Origin: Octopus vulgaris
Taxonomy: Eukaryota
Length of the DNA: 64,000 bases
Reading direction: 5' to 3'
Assembly (NCBI GenBank): GCA_951406725.2
Contig: OX597827.1
Span: 5,952,001-6,016,000, forward strand
The position numbers were made by a program, and so were the translations under genes. The notes beneath the pieces are model-generated. The model ran no database searches. It was not told the origin of the DNA and worked only from the letters and a program-made list of their open reading frames with translations. Numbering within the stretch: position 1 is the first letter of the stretch; every line of letters begins with the position of its first letter. Of this stretch, positions 52,868-64,000 are shown in pieces.

Positions 52868-55055
52868 GAGAGAGAGAGTTATTTGGTGGTTACAGATAAC
52901 ATTGAGTTCAAAGAATTAGAAAGGTTAGATATCTGTTATATCAGTAATATTAGATAAAGATGGATTTTGAAATATCTTTACAAGTTTAGTTGTTATTGTT
53001 GGGTTAATCCCTCCATATCAACCCTGTTCAAACTGACCTATGATCAAAGGCATTCCAGCTCTGAGCATCCAGATGTAATGCAAATAGGGCTTCATTATAC
53101 ATGTGTCCCTTTTAGGACTTTGCACTGTGATTTGAGAGTGATTTGGCTACCATATCTTGCAGAATGAATGACAGCACAGATATTTCTGTAATGGTTAGTT
53201 CCAAATTTAGTCAACTAATAAAGTTGGCTTATCAAAACCAATTGGTGTTTGATAATTTTTCTTGGGGACAAAGTAATTAACAAATAGCAATTAAGCTAAG
53301 TATAATAAATTGGAGGTTTATATTCATCACCTAACTCTTAATAATTATCTTTTTGTGACAGCCTCTGGTCCTACAATCCTAAAATCAGTCATTTGAAAGT
53401 GTCTATATTTAAATTGAAATCCACAATTTTAATTTCACTTGAGATATTTTGTGTTAAGTTATATTCCAAATATTAACTAAATAATGCTAAGTTAGTTATT
53501 TTCTTTAAGCTCTACAAATTCTAAATAATTTTCAAAATTAACAGAAATACATGAATTCTATGTTTTCTCTTGAAGTGTGGCCATAGAAGGGTTATGATTA
53601 AAGATAGATGAAGATTTTTAATGATATTGATATTTTTTTTAAATCTCTGCTACAAACTTGATTTGGTGTCATGCAAACAATTATTAACATTGGAAGCAAG
53701 AATGTAAAATAAAATATAACAAAAGCAGATAAGTCAATATGTAATAAAATACATAAATTTTTTTGGATGAATGTACAAGACAGAGAAACATTTTTAATCT
53801 TACATGGTACAAATTAATTGTTGTAAGAAATTCACTGAAAAACAGATGCTAATTTTCAAATCTGATTGGATCTATTCTTTATGAGTACAGAAAAATCTGT
53901 GGAAAAGAAAGGAACAGAAATCCTTGACATAAAAATAAAATTGATTAAAGGAGAGGAAAGAGGAAATAAATGTAATCTTGATCAGAAATAGAAAGGAAAG
54001 AGAATTTTTTTTTTTTTTTCAATTTTTAACAAGCTTTATATTACAAGAAAGCCAAGAAATAAAATCATTTAAATAGTTTTGTGTTAATTGAGAAAGTAGA
54101 GGTGATGCTGATGGTTGCAACTTCCTTCAAGACAGGAGGAAGGTAGCAACAAAAACAGGATAATTACCGAAGAAGTTATGCCCTCAGGCTGGAATCATTG
54201 AATACATCTAAACAGATAGAAAAAAAAAAAGGATTCTAATGCACGATAAAAATGTATAATTTTTCTAGATTTATTTATTGCATTCATTTAATAGTTGCTG
54301 TAATTTAGAAGTAAGGTATTTAAATAATGGAATCCGTGATTGAAAACCAGACATTCTCACTTCTCACTAGCAAAAGCTTGTGAGAAATTGATTGCAGCTA
54401 AAATGGTTTATTACTTTTAAGAAACCATATTTAATAGCAGAATTTCTGTTTTTATCTAAAAAAAATCATCTAACACGACACTTATTCTTTTTTGTTTTTT
54501 TTCTTTTTTAATCCTCAGTTTGGATTAATGATAGGAAACCTGGGATAATATTTTCAATTATTTAGGGTATAAGGAATAAAATGTTTCTGGATTTAACAGA
54601 AGGGTTCATTAATCCTTTCAGAGATTTTAAACTCATAGCCCTGTCAGTTGGTAATCTGATACTTCATCTACCTGGCCATATTAGGGGACTTAATCTGTAA
54701 GGATTGTTTCCATTGTAGACACAGGTCCTGCAGTTTTGTGTATGTGTGTGTACATGCGTTTGTGTGTGTGTGTGTGTGTGGTGGGGGGTTAATCATTAAA
54801 ATAGACCTCATAACTTGACTGTTAATTTATTTTATCAACTCCAAAAAGATGAAGGGTAAAGGTAACCTCAGCAGGCTTTGAACTTGTGTCTGAAGAAGGA
54901 ATGTGGAACAAAGTCCATCTCAGTGGAATTTGAAATCATAGCATTAAAATAAAATGAAAAAATGAAATACTGCAATGCAACTGTTCTGTTAAATAATGAT
55001 GTTGATGATAATAACAATGATAATAATGATGGCAACGATGATTATGAAGATGATG

Positions 55056-55622
55056 GTGTCTTGGCATCACTCAGCAGGTCTTTTGTTAGCCGCTCTCCAG
55101 CCATCTATTTAAAACTGTATACAGCTATGGTACGACCACACTTGGAATTCGCATCATCAGTTTGGAACCCCTATCTTGCACAGAACATTGACCTCCTGGA
55201 ATCTGTCCAGAGACGTGCAACCAAACGCATACCCTCCATCAGACACCTACCATATTCTGAGCGCCTTGTTTCCCTGGGCATGGATTCACTGAAGCTCCGG
55301 CGTTTGGCGACGGACTTGGTAAACACCCACAAAGTTATCAACCACCTCACCAACAACAACACTGAACACCTTTTTGATCTCCATGTGTCTAACACACGTG
55401 GACATGCCTACAAAGTCAGAAAACAATACAGCTCCCATGACTTTCGGAAACATTTTTTCACGCTCAGAGTTGCTGAAGCATGGAATAAACTGCCTGCGTC
55501 AGTTGTTGACTGCCATGACACTGCATCTTTTAAGGCCCTCATGCTTTCCGAAATCCGCCGAAACTACACCTGATTATATATACACTTTAGATGAGTTGTA
55601 GTGCACCTGAGCACTGTACACA

Positions 55623-55625
<3 letters not shown>
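55056..55625 (+). mobile_element. 5'-truncated CR1-clade LINE with an intact C-terminal frame (to 55573) and (ATT)n tail
   Basis: LYTAMVRPHLEFASSVWNPY...LESVQRRATK...YSERL...TRGHAYK...RKHFFTLRVAEAWNKLP. Confidence 0.95.
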
Positions 55626-55669
<44 letters not shown>

Positions 55670-56150
55670 GATGATGGTGATGATAATGAAAAAGAAGATG
55701 ATGTTAAAACAGTGATGATGGTCATGACAAGGATGGTGATGAAGAGAATATATGACAATCTGATTGCGATGATAGGGATTTTGATGATGATGATGATGAT
55801 GATGGTGATGATGATAATGATGGTGGTGGTGGTGGTGGTGGTGGTGGTGGTGGTGATGATGATGATGATGAGGAGGAGGAGGAGGAAGTTGAAAGAGATG
55901 ATGACTATGATGGTGATGATGGTGGTGATGGTGGTGATGTGGCGATAATGATGATGAAAACGATGACAATTTTGTGATGATAGTGATAATGCTAATGTGT
56001 GTGTGTAAATGTGTGTGTGTGTGTGTGTGTGCATTTGCATGTGTGTGCATGTGTGCCAAGTAATTGAAGTTTGTTGTTAGATTGGCAAGAGAAGAGCATT
56101 ATACGATTAACTTGAAATGAAAGAATTACTGTATGAGAAAGAGAGAGAGG

Positions 56151-56212
<62 letters not shown>
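55623..56212. repeat. (ATT)/(GAT)/(GGT)/(TG)/(GA) microsatellite block
   Basis: Directly visible. Confidence 0.92.
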
Positions 56213-56213
<1 letters not shown>

Positions 56214-56756
56214 TAGGCAAGGAATAAACCTCAACCAGATATTCCATAATTTAATTTCCTGCCAGTTAAATAAGAGGATCTACTGAGAGGAGGCTGTGAT
56301 GAAATACTATTTAATGTAGGAGTGAAAATAGTCAACATCTTCTATATAGAAAGAAGTGTAATGGTCGACTTCAGTATTACCATTATTGTAGAAAGAGGTA
56401 ACAAGAGAAACAGAAGTATAATAGAGGGTGTGAAGGAGACAGATAGATAGAAAGAGAGAGGAACAGAGATAGAGAGGAAGGAGAGAGAGTTGTGGTGAAG
56501 TGAGTTTTTTGGCCCTCCACTTATCCCAGATGTCATGAGACTTGAAGGCTGTGAACGATGGGAACAATGCTCTCTAATTAATAGATTAGACCTGCAAACA
56601 AGATTGAAGTGAAATAATTCACTTCAAGTACCTGCTTACTGCCACCAATTCTCAAATCTTCACAATTTTTAAATAGCACTAACTCACTGCAGTGGTACTC
56701 ATGTATATATATACTGTATGTATGTATGTATGTATGTATGTCTGTCTGTATGTATG

Positions 56757-56833
<77 letters not shown>

Positions 56834-56837
56834 GTAC

Positions 56838-56919
56838 TCAAAATAAGCAACAAGAATGACTCTGGTAATTTGGTACGATCGTACCAAATTACCGGAGTCA
56901 TTCTTGTTGCTTATTTTGA
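56838..56919. repeat. 82-bp loopless palindrome (one mismatch)
   Basis: 41-bp arms centred on ggtacga|tcgtacc. Confidence 0.95.
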
Positions 56920-57015
56920 TTATAATCACCACACAGATTTTTATGGATAACACCATACAGAATTCTGGTGCATCTAAATTAAGTACCATATTCATTTGAA
57001 TCTAAATTTTTGCAG

Positions 57016-57055
<40 letters not shown>

Positions 57056-57095
57056 AACATACATATATGTATATACATACATATGTATGTATATA

Positions 57096-57157
<62 letters not shown>

Positions 57158-57164
57158 TGTATAT

Positions 57165-57350
57165 AGGAAGAATTCACAAAACATACAAAAGACGAAGACA
57201 GGTGGTGCAGAAAACAAATAGATGTATTAGTTTAACACTCAGGAAGTGAAAAAGTCTTTAATGTTTCGAGCCTATGCTCTTCCACAGAAAGGAACACAGA
57301 AAGAAACAAGGAGAGAAAATAAAGAATGTGTAGTGGCTAGAGATCTATCA
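57165..57350 (-). mobile_element. Short element in (TA)n with a variant minimal hammerhead motif
   Basis: Minus strand: cttt CTGTGGAA gagc-atag-gctc GAAA ca tt aaag (57256-57291). Confidence 0.65.
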
Positions 57351-57437
57351 TATATGTGTATGTGTTTGTGCATTTATGTATGTGTATGTGAGTATATATG
57401 CATACATATATATATATGTATGTATATACATACATAT

Positions 57438-57750
57438 ATCACCGTGATCACCGTGACCAACCAGGCTATCAGATGTTGTTACACATCGCTGGTCGCAATG
57501 TGCTTCACATTGTTTTAGCCTTTCAAATGACGTCACCCCGCTGGCTAAGTGAGCAGACCAACAGAAGAAAGAGTGAGAAAAAGTTGTGGCGAAAAAGTAC
57601 AGCAGTGATCGCCACCATCCCCTGCTGGAGCCTCGTGGAGCTTTAGGTGTTTTCGCTCAATAAACACTCACAACACTCGGTCTAGGAATTGAAACCGCGA
57701 TCCTACGACCACGAGTCTGCTGCCCTAATCAAGGGCCATTGCACCACCAC
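57438..57750 (-). mobile_element. SINE family C
   Basis: Matches 38721-39017. Confidence 0.9.
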
Positions 57751-57792
57751 ACATACATATATATATATATACACGCATATATATACATATAT

Positions 57793-57992
57793 AGTTAATC
57801 CAAACAAGAAAACACAAAAAACACAACAACGCGAGGACATATAGTATTATTGGATACTCAGGAAAGAAGGAAAGAAGGAGGGTTTAACGTTTCGAGCGGA
57901 GCTCTTCGTTGGAAACATAGGAGAAAGAAAGATCCAGAGAAGGGAAGACAGAGGAAAAAAATCACCAACGGTACACACGTGGTCACATTTTG
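57793..57992 (-). mobile_element. Second copy of the 51132-51302 element
   Basis: Reverse complement match; hammerhead-like motif at 57882-57916. Confidence 0.75.
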
Positions 57993-58033
57993 AATATATA
58001 TATATGTATGTGTATATATATATATATATATAA

Positions 58034-58064
<31 letters not shown>

Positions 58065-58080
58065 GGTATGTGTATATATG

Positions 58081-58121
<41 letters not shown>

Positions 58122-58214
58122 ATATATATATATATATATACACATACATATATGTATATATATATATATATATATACATGTGTGTGTGTGAGTATTTGTA
58201 TTGATAATACATGC

Positions 58215-58247
<33 letters not shown>

Positions 58248-58884
58248 CATTTGTGTTGATAATACATGTGATTGTGATAGTGATGATGATTATGATGATG
58301 GTGGTGATAACGATGACAATGATAACGACGACAAAGATGATGATGAAAATAATATTGCATGTAAGACATTCAGTATGGACCAGTAAGTAAGATTAATTAA
58401 GATGAGCAGAGCTTAACACATAGCATTTATGTAAGATGAAATGAATAATTTGAAATTGCATTTGCTAATATTGTACTGTATAGCTTAACTGAATGAATAG
58501 AATAAGAGGCAAGATTATAAACTTTAAGAGAATGTGCTCAGATGATGTATTTTTAGTTGGTTTCTAAGTTTGTCATAATAACAAACATTCCTTATTCAAC
58601 TGAGAATTATATAAGAGTACAAACATGAATCTGAGAATACAGGCAATGTTAGCTAACGGCAATAATTTATCAATACAAGAATTTGATAGAGACTTTGGTA
58701 AGTTCATCTGCCATGTAGAATCGTTTGTTTTGTTTTGTTTTAATGTTTTAGTGAGGAGTGAAAGCTGTGTTCAATGTCTTTTACCATGTGAGAGGGAAGG
58801 AAGTCCGGAGAAGCTCTGCTAAATGCATCCATGATGTTAGCTGGTGGTGTTAAGTCACGTGATGGATTTAGTCTGTCGTCCATG

Positions 58885-59190
58885 GAGGCCATGGCAGAAT
58901 TTGAAACAAGAAAGTTAACCCTTGCTTGCGTCCCAACCATGTGATCTGTGGTTCAGTCCCACTCTGCAGTCCTTTGGGCAAATATCTTCTATTAAAGCCT
59001 CGGACTGACCAAAGACTTGTGAGTTGATTTGGTTGATGGAAACTGAAAGAAGCCTGCTGAGTGTTTGTGTGTTTTGTGGGGTTTTTTGTGTGTGAGTGTG
59101 TGTGTGTGTGTGTGTTTTGTGTATGTGTGTGTGTGTTTTGTGTGTGTGTGTGTGTGTTTTCTTTTGTGTGTGTGTGTGTGTGTTTGTACC
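58885..59190 (+). mobile_element. Diverged SINE A 5' half
   Basis: ggttcagtcccact...tttgggcaaatatcttcta...ggaaactgaaagaagcc then (TG)n. Confidence 0.75.
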
Positions 59191-60693
59191 ACTTTAGCTG
59201 TACCACTAGTTCTGGGCTATAATTCAAAATTAGAGTTATTATCTATGAACATGGGTTTCCATCAATACCCAGTTCTAAATGGAAGCTACCAATATTACAA
59301 ATATCAAGTGAATTAATTTGAGAAGAACCTCGGTAAGATCACATTTAGAAGCCAAATTCCTCACAAAATGTGGCTCCCACTTCACGGTTCTACCTTTTAT
59401 TATCTCGTGTAGAAATAACTCATTATAAATCATTATTTCGTTTCTTTGAGATTTTTAATATTTCCACCAGACTTCAAAATGTGTAACACACAATAAATGT
59501 GTGAATTATATTTCTACATCATAAACTTCAATGTAAAAATTCTTTGATATTTACAAAGTCGTTTTCATACAATTGTCTCACATCAAAATTATATTTGATC
59601 ATTCTTCTCTTTTTATTTACTTTCACCAGCTTTCCATTTTTCTTCCTCTCTTATATTTAGCTTTTCTTTTCGACTGCTTCTTCTGGTTGCTTCATATATT
59701 GATCATATGAGCTTCATTTACATTTGTGTTCAAAATTGTTGCGATTTAAAATATGATGAGTCATGCTTAAGGTAAAATTGATGGCTGAATTTAAATCTTC
59801 TTCAGCGCTTGACCCATACTTATTTTATTGACCTTGGAAAGAGGAAAGGCAAAGTTGAAAAATAATACACAACATTTTGCTTAGTACTCTAACAATTATC
59901 TAAATCCACTGCCCTTGTAATAATAATGATAATAATAAATAATAATAATAAATGATGGGCTACACCAAATATTCTGCTCAATACCACAGATTTGCTTGTT
60001 AGTTATTTGACCTTAACCAGTTGACCATGTCCCTTAGTGGCTGATGATATGTGCATCTCTGATCACTAGCAGAAGTAGTGGGGGAGTATCATAGCTGTGT
60101 GTTGAAAGGAATTCTTAGAGGTTTGGATAATTCACCTTTGGAAACATGGGTGGTTTTTATTCTGGGAGTTCTAGAACCATCGAGTGTTAGTTCTCTCTTC
60201 TTTCCCCCAGGAGGGGGTAAATTGATACCATTACACCCTGTTCTTGACTGGTACTTTATTTCATCAACTCGAAAGGGTTGATAAGCAAGATTGATTGACC
60301 TAGCCAGATTTGAACTCAAAATATAAAGAGCTAGAACAAATACTGCATAGCATTTTGTTTGGACACACACACACACACAAGCACCTGTGCTAGCACCACA
60401 TAAAAGTGCCCTGTGTATGCTGGAGCCATGCAAAAAGCAACCATATTACTACCACATAAAAGTGTCTGGTATATCCTGTAAAGTGATTAGCATTAGGAAG
60501 GGCATTCACTCGTAGAAACCATGCCATGTGTATGTATATACGTATGCATGTATAGATATATGCATGTATGTATGTATGTATGTATCTATCTATCTATCTA
60601 TCTATCTGTATATATATATATATATATATATACATACATACATATATATACATACATATATCTATATATATATATATATATTTTATATATATA

Positions 60694-60747
<54 letters not shown>

Positions 60748-60755
60748 GTATACAT

Positions 60756-60785
<30 letters not shown>

Positions 60786-60786
<1 letters not shown>

Positions 60787-61050
60787 GCCTCGCCTGGCCC
60801 CCGTGCCGGTGGCACGTAAAAAGCACCATCCATCCGTGGCCGTTTGCCAGCCCCGTCTGGCACCTGTGCGGGTGGCACGTAAAAAGCACCCACTACACTC
60901 ACAGAGTGGTTGGCGTTAGGAAGGGCATCCAGCCGTAGAAACACTGCCAGATCAGACTGAGCCTGATGCAGCCTTCTGGCTTCCCAGACCCCAGTTGAAC
61001 CGTCCAACCCATGCTAGCATGGAAAGCAGATGCTAAATGATGTTGATGAT
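60786..61050 (+). mobile_element. Repeat family D
   Basis: ggtggcacgtaaaaagcac twice; ttaggaagggcatccagc; (GAT)n tail. Confidence 0.88.
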
Positions 61051-61051
61051 G

Positions 61052-61082
<31 letters not shown>

Positions 61083-61308
61083 CACTTTCGGTATGCAAAT
61101 TAAGGACTCCTTCATAGAGTAACTGCTGCATTTGTTGACTATATAAACAGTTTAGCTGCTTGTTTCTCAAGACATTGTGAGAATGTTGTAGATGTCTCTG
61201 ATGAGAATCCAATAAAGTTTGAAAATTGATTAAGGTTGTTCACCATATTTTCATTCTGTGAAGAAATGGCTGAAATTTGTCCTGTTTATAATTATACCAT
61301 TTGTTACT

Positions 61309-61343
<35 letters not shown>

Positions 61344-61454
61344 ATATATATAATATAAATTAGAGAAAAACTACTATTATGCAATTCAATTCAATACTAA
61401 AATGATTTTTTTTCCCTGTAAGTTTGGAGTTATACTCCCTATTATTATTATTAT

Positions 61455-61504
<50 letters not shown>

Positions 61505-61615
61505 GGGTTGCTAGAAAAGTGGAAAATTTGACACTTATTGTTTACCTCAAATAGATTTTGTATAAATATAAATTAGCATTTCTGAATTTTTCATTTTTCT
61601 AGTGACTACGCTGTG

Positions 61616-61653
<38 letters not shown>

Positions 61654-62005
61654 TATAAAAGCACACAGACCTTCAACCTGTTACTAGTTTGATTAGTGCC
61701 AACACATGAAACTCTCAACTCTTGAGTCACTCTGTTGCTTCCGCTAAATATTGATATTCCAGACCTTAGCTGGAATGTATTCATCAAAACCTTTTAACCC
61801 ACCAGAACTTTAAAAGGCAACTTTAGCAGAAAAAGGCAACTTTAGCAGAACATGAACTGCAAGAATAGACAGTCAGAACAAATTCCACATTTTATTCTAT
61901 TCGCCACTTCAACTATTCTGCCAAACTTTCTGTTTATACCATTTCAATCATGGGAAGAACTATTTTGTTTAAGACCCTAAGCTGGTATAAGTCTTGCAAT
62001 GAGAA

Positions 62006-62043
<38 letters not shown>

Positions 62044-62559
62044 GCACATACAATATACTGATTCTCGTATTATTAGATCGTTGGTGCCTTTTTATAATGA
62101 ATTAGTAATAGATTAAGATACCTGTAGATATCTGTAGTTTCTTATTAGCTGCCTGTAGATATCTTATTTCTTTTCTTGCACCTGCCTTTCTCTTATTTCT
62201 TCCCAATACTGCCAACTTAAAAATTATGGAAATCACCTAGAATGATCTCATTACACAAGTAATTGAATAGAACTTTCCTAAATTCTAAGCCTTTTCTGAT
62301 ACTTTTAGCATTTCATTAACTGTAACTAATAAATAATCCAGCTTGTAGATTTAGCAATTCAATAAAAGACATTTTTGTTAATTGTTGTTCTTGAAATTGT
62401 TATTTACCAGGTTTATAAAAAAAAATTTTTTTATGTATATTATTGTTGTGTTTTTGTTCTATTTGCTTTTCAGTTTTATTCTTGCTTTCTCTTTCTTCGT
62501 GAAGTTTGTCTCATTATTACCATCGTTAGTGTTATCGTATTCAGAGTTTCCATCACAAC

Positions 62560-62652
62560 CATCATCATTATCATCATCATCAGCAGCAGCAGTAGCATCC
62601 TCCTCCTCCTCCTCCATCTCCTCTGTTCCCTGTTGTCGACACCACCACCACC

Positions 62653-62686
<34 letters not shown>

Positions 62687-62847
62687 TCATCGTCGTCGTC
62701 ATCGTCGTCGTTGTTGTCATCATTTCACTCATTGTAAGTGCCACTTGTCATCGCAATATCATCAGAATGATCACTGCTACTGATACCACCACCGCCACTT
62801 CCACCATCATCGCTGTTATCATCATCATTGTCATTGCTATTGTTATG

Positions 62848-62886
<39 letters not shown>

Positions 62887-62950
62887 GTTGTCGTCATCAT
62901 CTTCATCATCATCATTAACATTATCATCATCATCATCATCACCATCTCCA
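62560..62950. repeat. (CAT)/(CAC)/(CGT) trinucleotide block
   Basis: Directly visible. Confidence 0.92.
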
Positions 62951-63280
62951 CTCTAATTAAGCTTAACACCTATCATAAATATTGTAGATATAACCAATTC
63001 AATGTTTATGTAAAGTAATCAGTCATTTAATAGCGAAGCAGAAATATGAAAATAAAGTAATTGAAAATAATTGGCTTAGAATAACTATTTTCTTAACGAC
63101 TACTTGTTAAAATTTTGAACACAATTTGTTAAAATAGTATTCAATTTAAAATAAAACTAAATGAACCTTCAGTCACAGAAGAAAGAGAATCTAGTACAAT
63201 GATCATACATACAAGTCAACAGTAATTTAGAAACATTTGGTAAAATGAAAGCAAGGAATTATTAAAAAAATTTTTTTAAA

Positions 63281-63562
63281 TTTTTATCTAGTTTCAGCTC
63301 ACAAGCTATGGCCATGCTGGGGCACCGCCATTTGGTGTTGCTACATGATTTTACTTCACGAATGCTTTTTAGCAACTGCCATTCAGTGCATGAGAGAGTT
63401 CGATGCAGCTGCCCTCATCTGCACCTCCTGCCGTGAAGTTGGTTCATCTGGGACACCTGACAAGAAGAGATCCAGTTTTATTTTAAAGACATCTGCATCC
63501 ACCCCATGCAGGTCTCTTAGGTTCTTCGGGAGGATATTGAAGAGCTGTGGGCCCTCGGAATG
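63281..63562 (-). mobile_element. CR1/L2/Jockey-group LINE 3' end whose tail matches SINE family A
   Basis: GPQLFNILPKNLRDLHGVDADVFKIKLDLFLSGVPDEP...SNSLMH*; tail ggcggtgccccagcatggccatagc...ctgaaactagataaaa. Confidence 0.85.
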
Positions 63563-63649
63563 TGGACTTATGATTTTAATTTCTAAGGAGACAACTCTAC
63601 ATAAGCTCGAGTCATGCCACTATGAAAGTTTTGTACCTTGTAAATCAGT

Positions 63650-63800
63650 CATTTCTCAGTCACTCATCTATCATTCATTTCTTAATCACTCACCTGTCAC
63701 TTATGTCTGTATCGCTCTTCTCTATCACTCATCTTTCTATTACTCATTTCTCTATCATTCATCTCTTTACCACTCTTCTCTTTATTACTCATCTCTCTTC
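63650..63800. repeat. Degenerate minisatellite of about 15 bp (tatcactcatctctc-like)
   Basis: Directly visible. Confidence 0.7.
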
Positions 63801-64000
63801 TCGCTACTGCTGCTCCCATGATGAAATACATCAAACACATTCTGGAAAGTGATTAATGGTTGAGTAGAGACAGGAATGTTGCTACAGTATGGGAGCAACT
63901 CCTGAATTTTCCCCAGGTCCTCAGCCCCCACTTCTATACAGGTATATACAGCAGACTGAAGAGCAACACCCCTATAAAGGAATCACCTAGAGCAGACTAC

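Noticed and set aside
54962-55573. 203-aa ORF as a host gene
   Set aside because: The N-terminus is a (GAT/AAT) tract fused to a truncated CR1 LINE C-terminus
58625-58822. Plus-strand ORF with a gtaagt donor and nearby acceptor
   Set aside because: The implied intron is only about 54 nt, the peptide is unrecognisable, and there are no supporting exons
62119-62165. tacctgtagat resembling miR-10
   Set aside because: It diverges after about 11 nt, shows no hairpin partner, and is a short direct repeat (cctgtagatatct twice)

Overview
AT-rich eukaryotic DNA dominated by microsatellites and interspersed repeats. The repeat repertoire (tRNA-headed SINEs with internal (TA)n(TG)n, R4/Dong, RTE, CR1-group and Penelope remnants, very long (TATG)n/(TA)n tracts) looks like an octopus or other coleoid cephalopod intronic/intergenic region; this is inferred, not database-checked. 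Nearly all ORFs in the track are microsatellite or SINE artefacts. Supported content: about seven R4/Dong LINE pieces, mostly beside (TAA)n tracts; an L1/Tx1-like 3' end; CR1-group and RTE remnants; a Penelope GIY-YIG remnant; two copies of a non-autonomous Helitron; mariner and piggyBac MITEs; and at least five SINE families. One candidate host-gene terminal coding exon lies on the minus strand (33341-33618). The most notable signals are (1) a complete type I hammerhead ribozyme motif (34252-34312, minus) plus several variant minimal hammerheads, mostly in short elements embedded in (TA)n tracts, (2) two apparent SINE/LINE 3'-tail partnerships, and (3) a GIY-YIG domain with a 91-codon in-frame spacer. 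Repeat boundaries were read by eye and are approximate.
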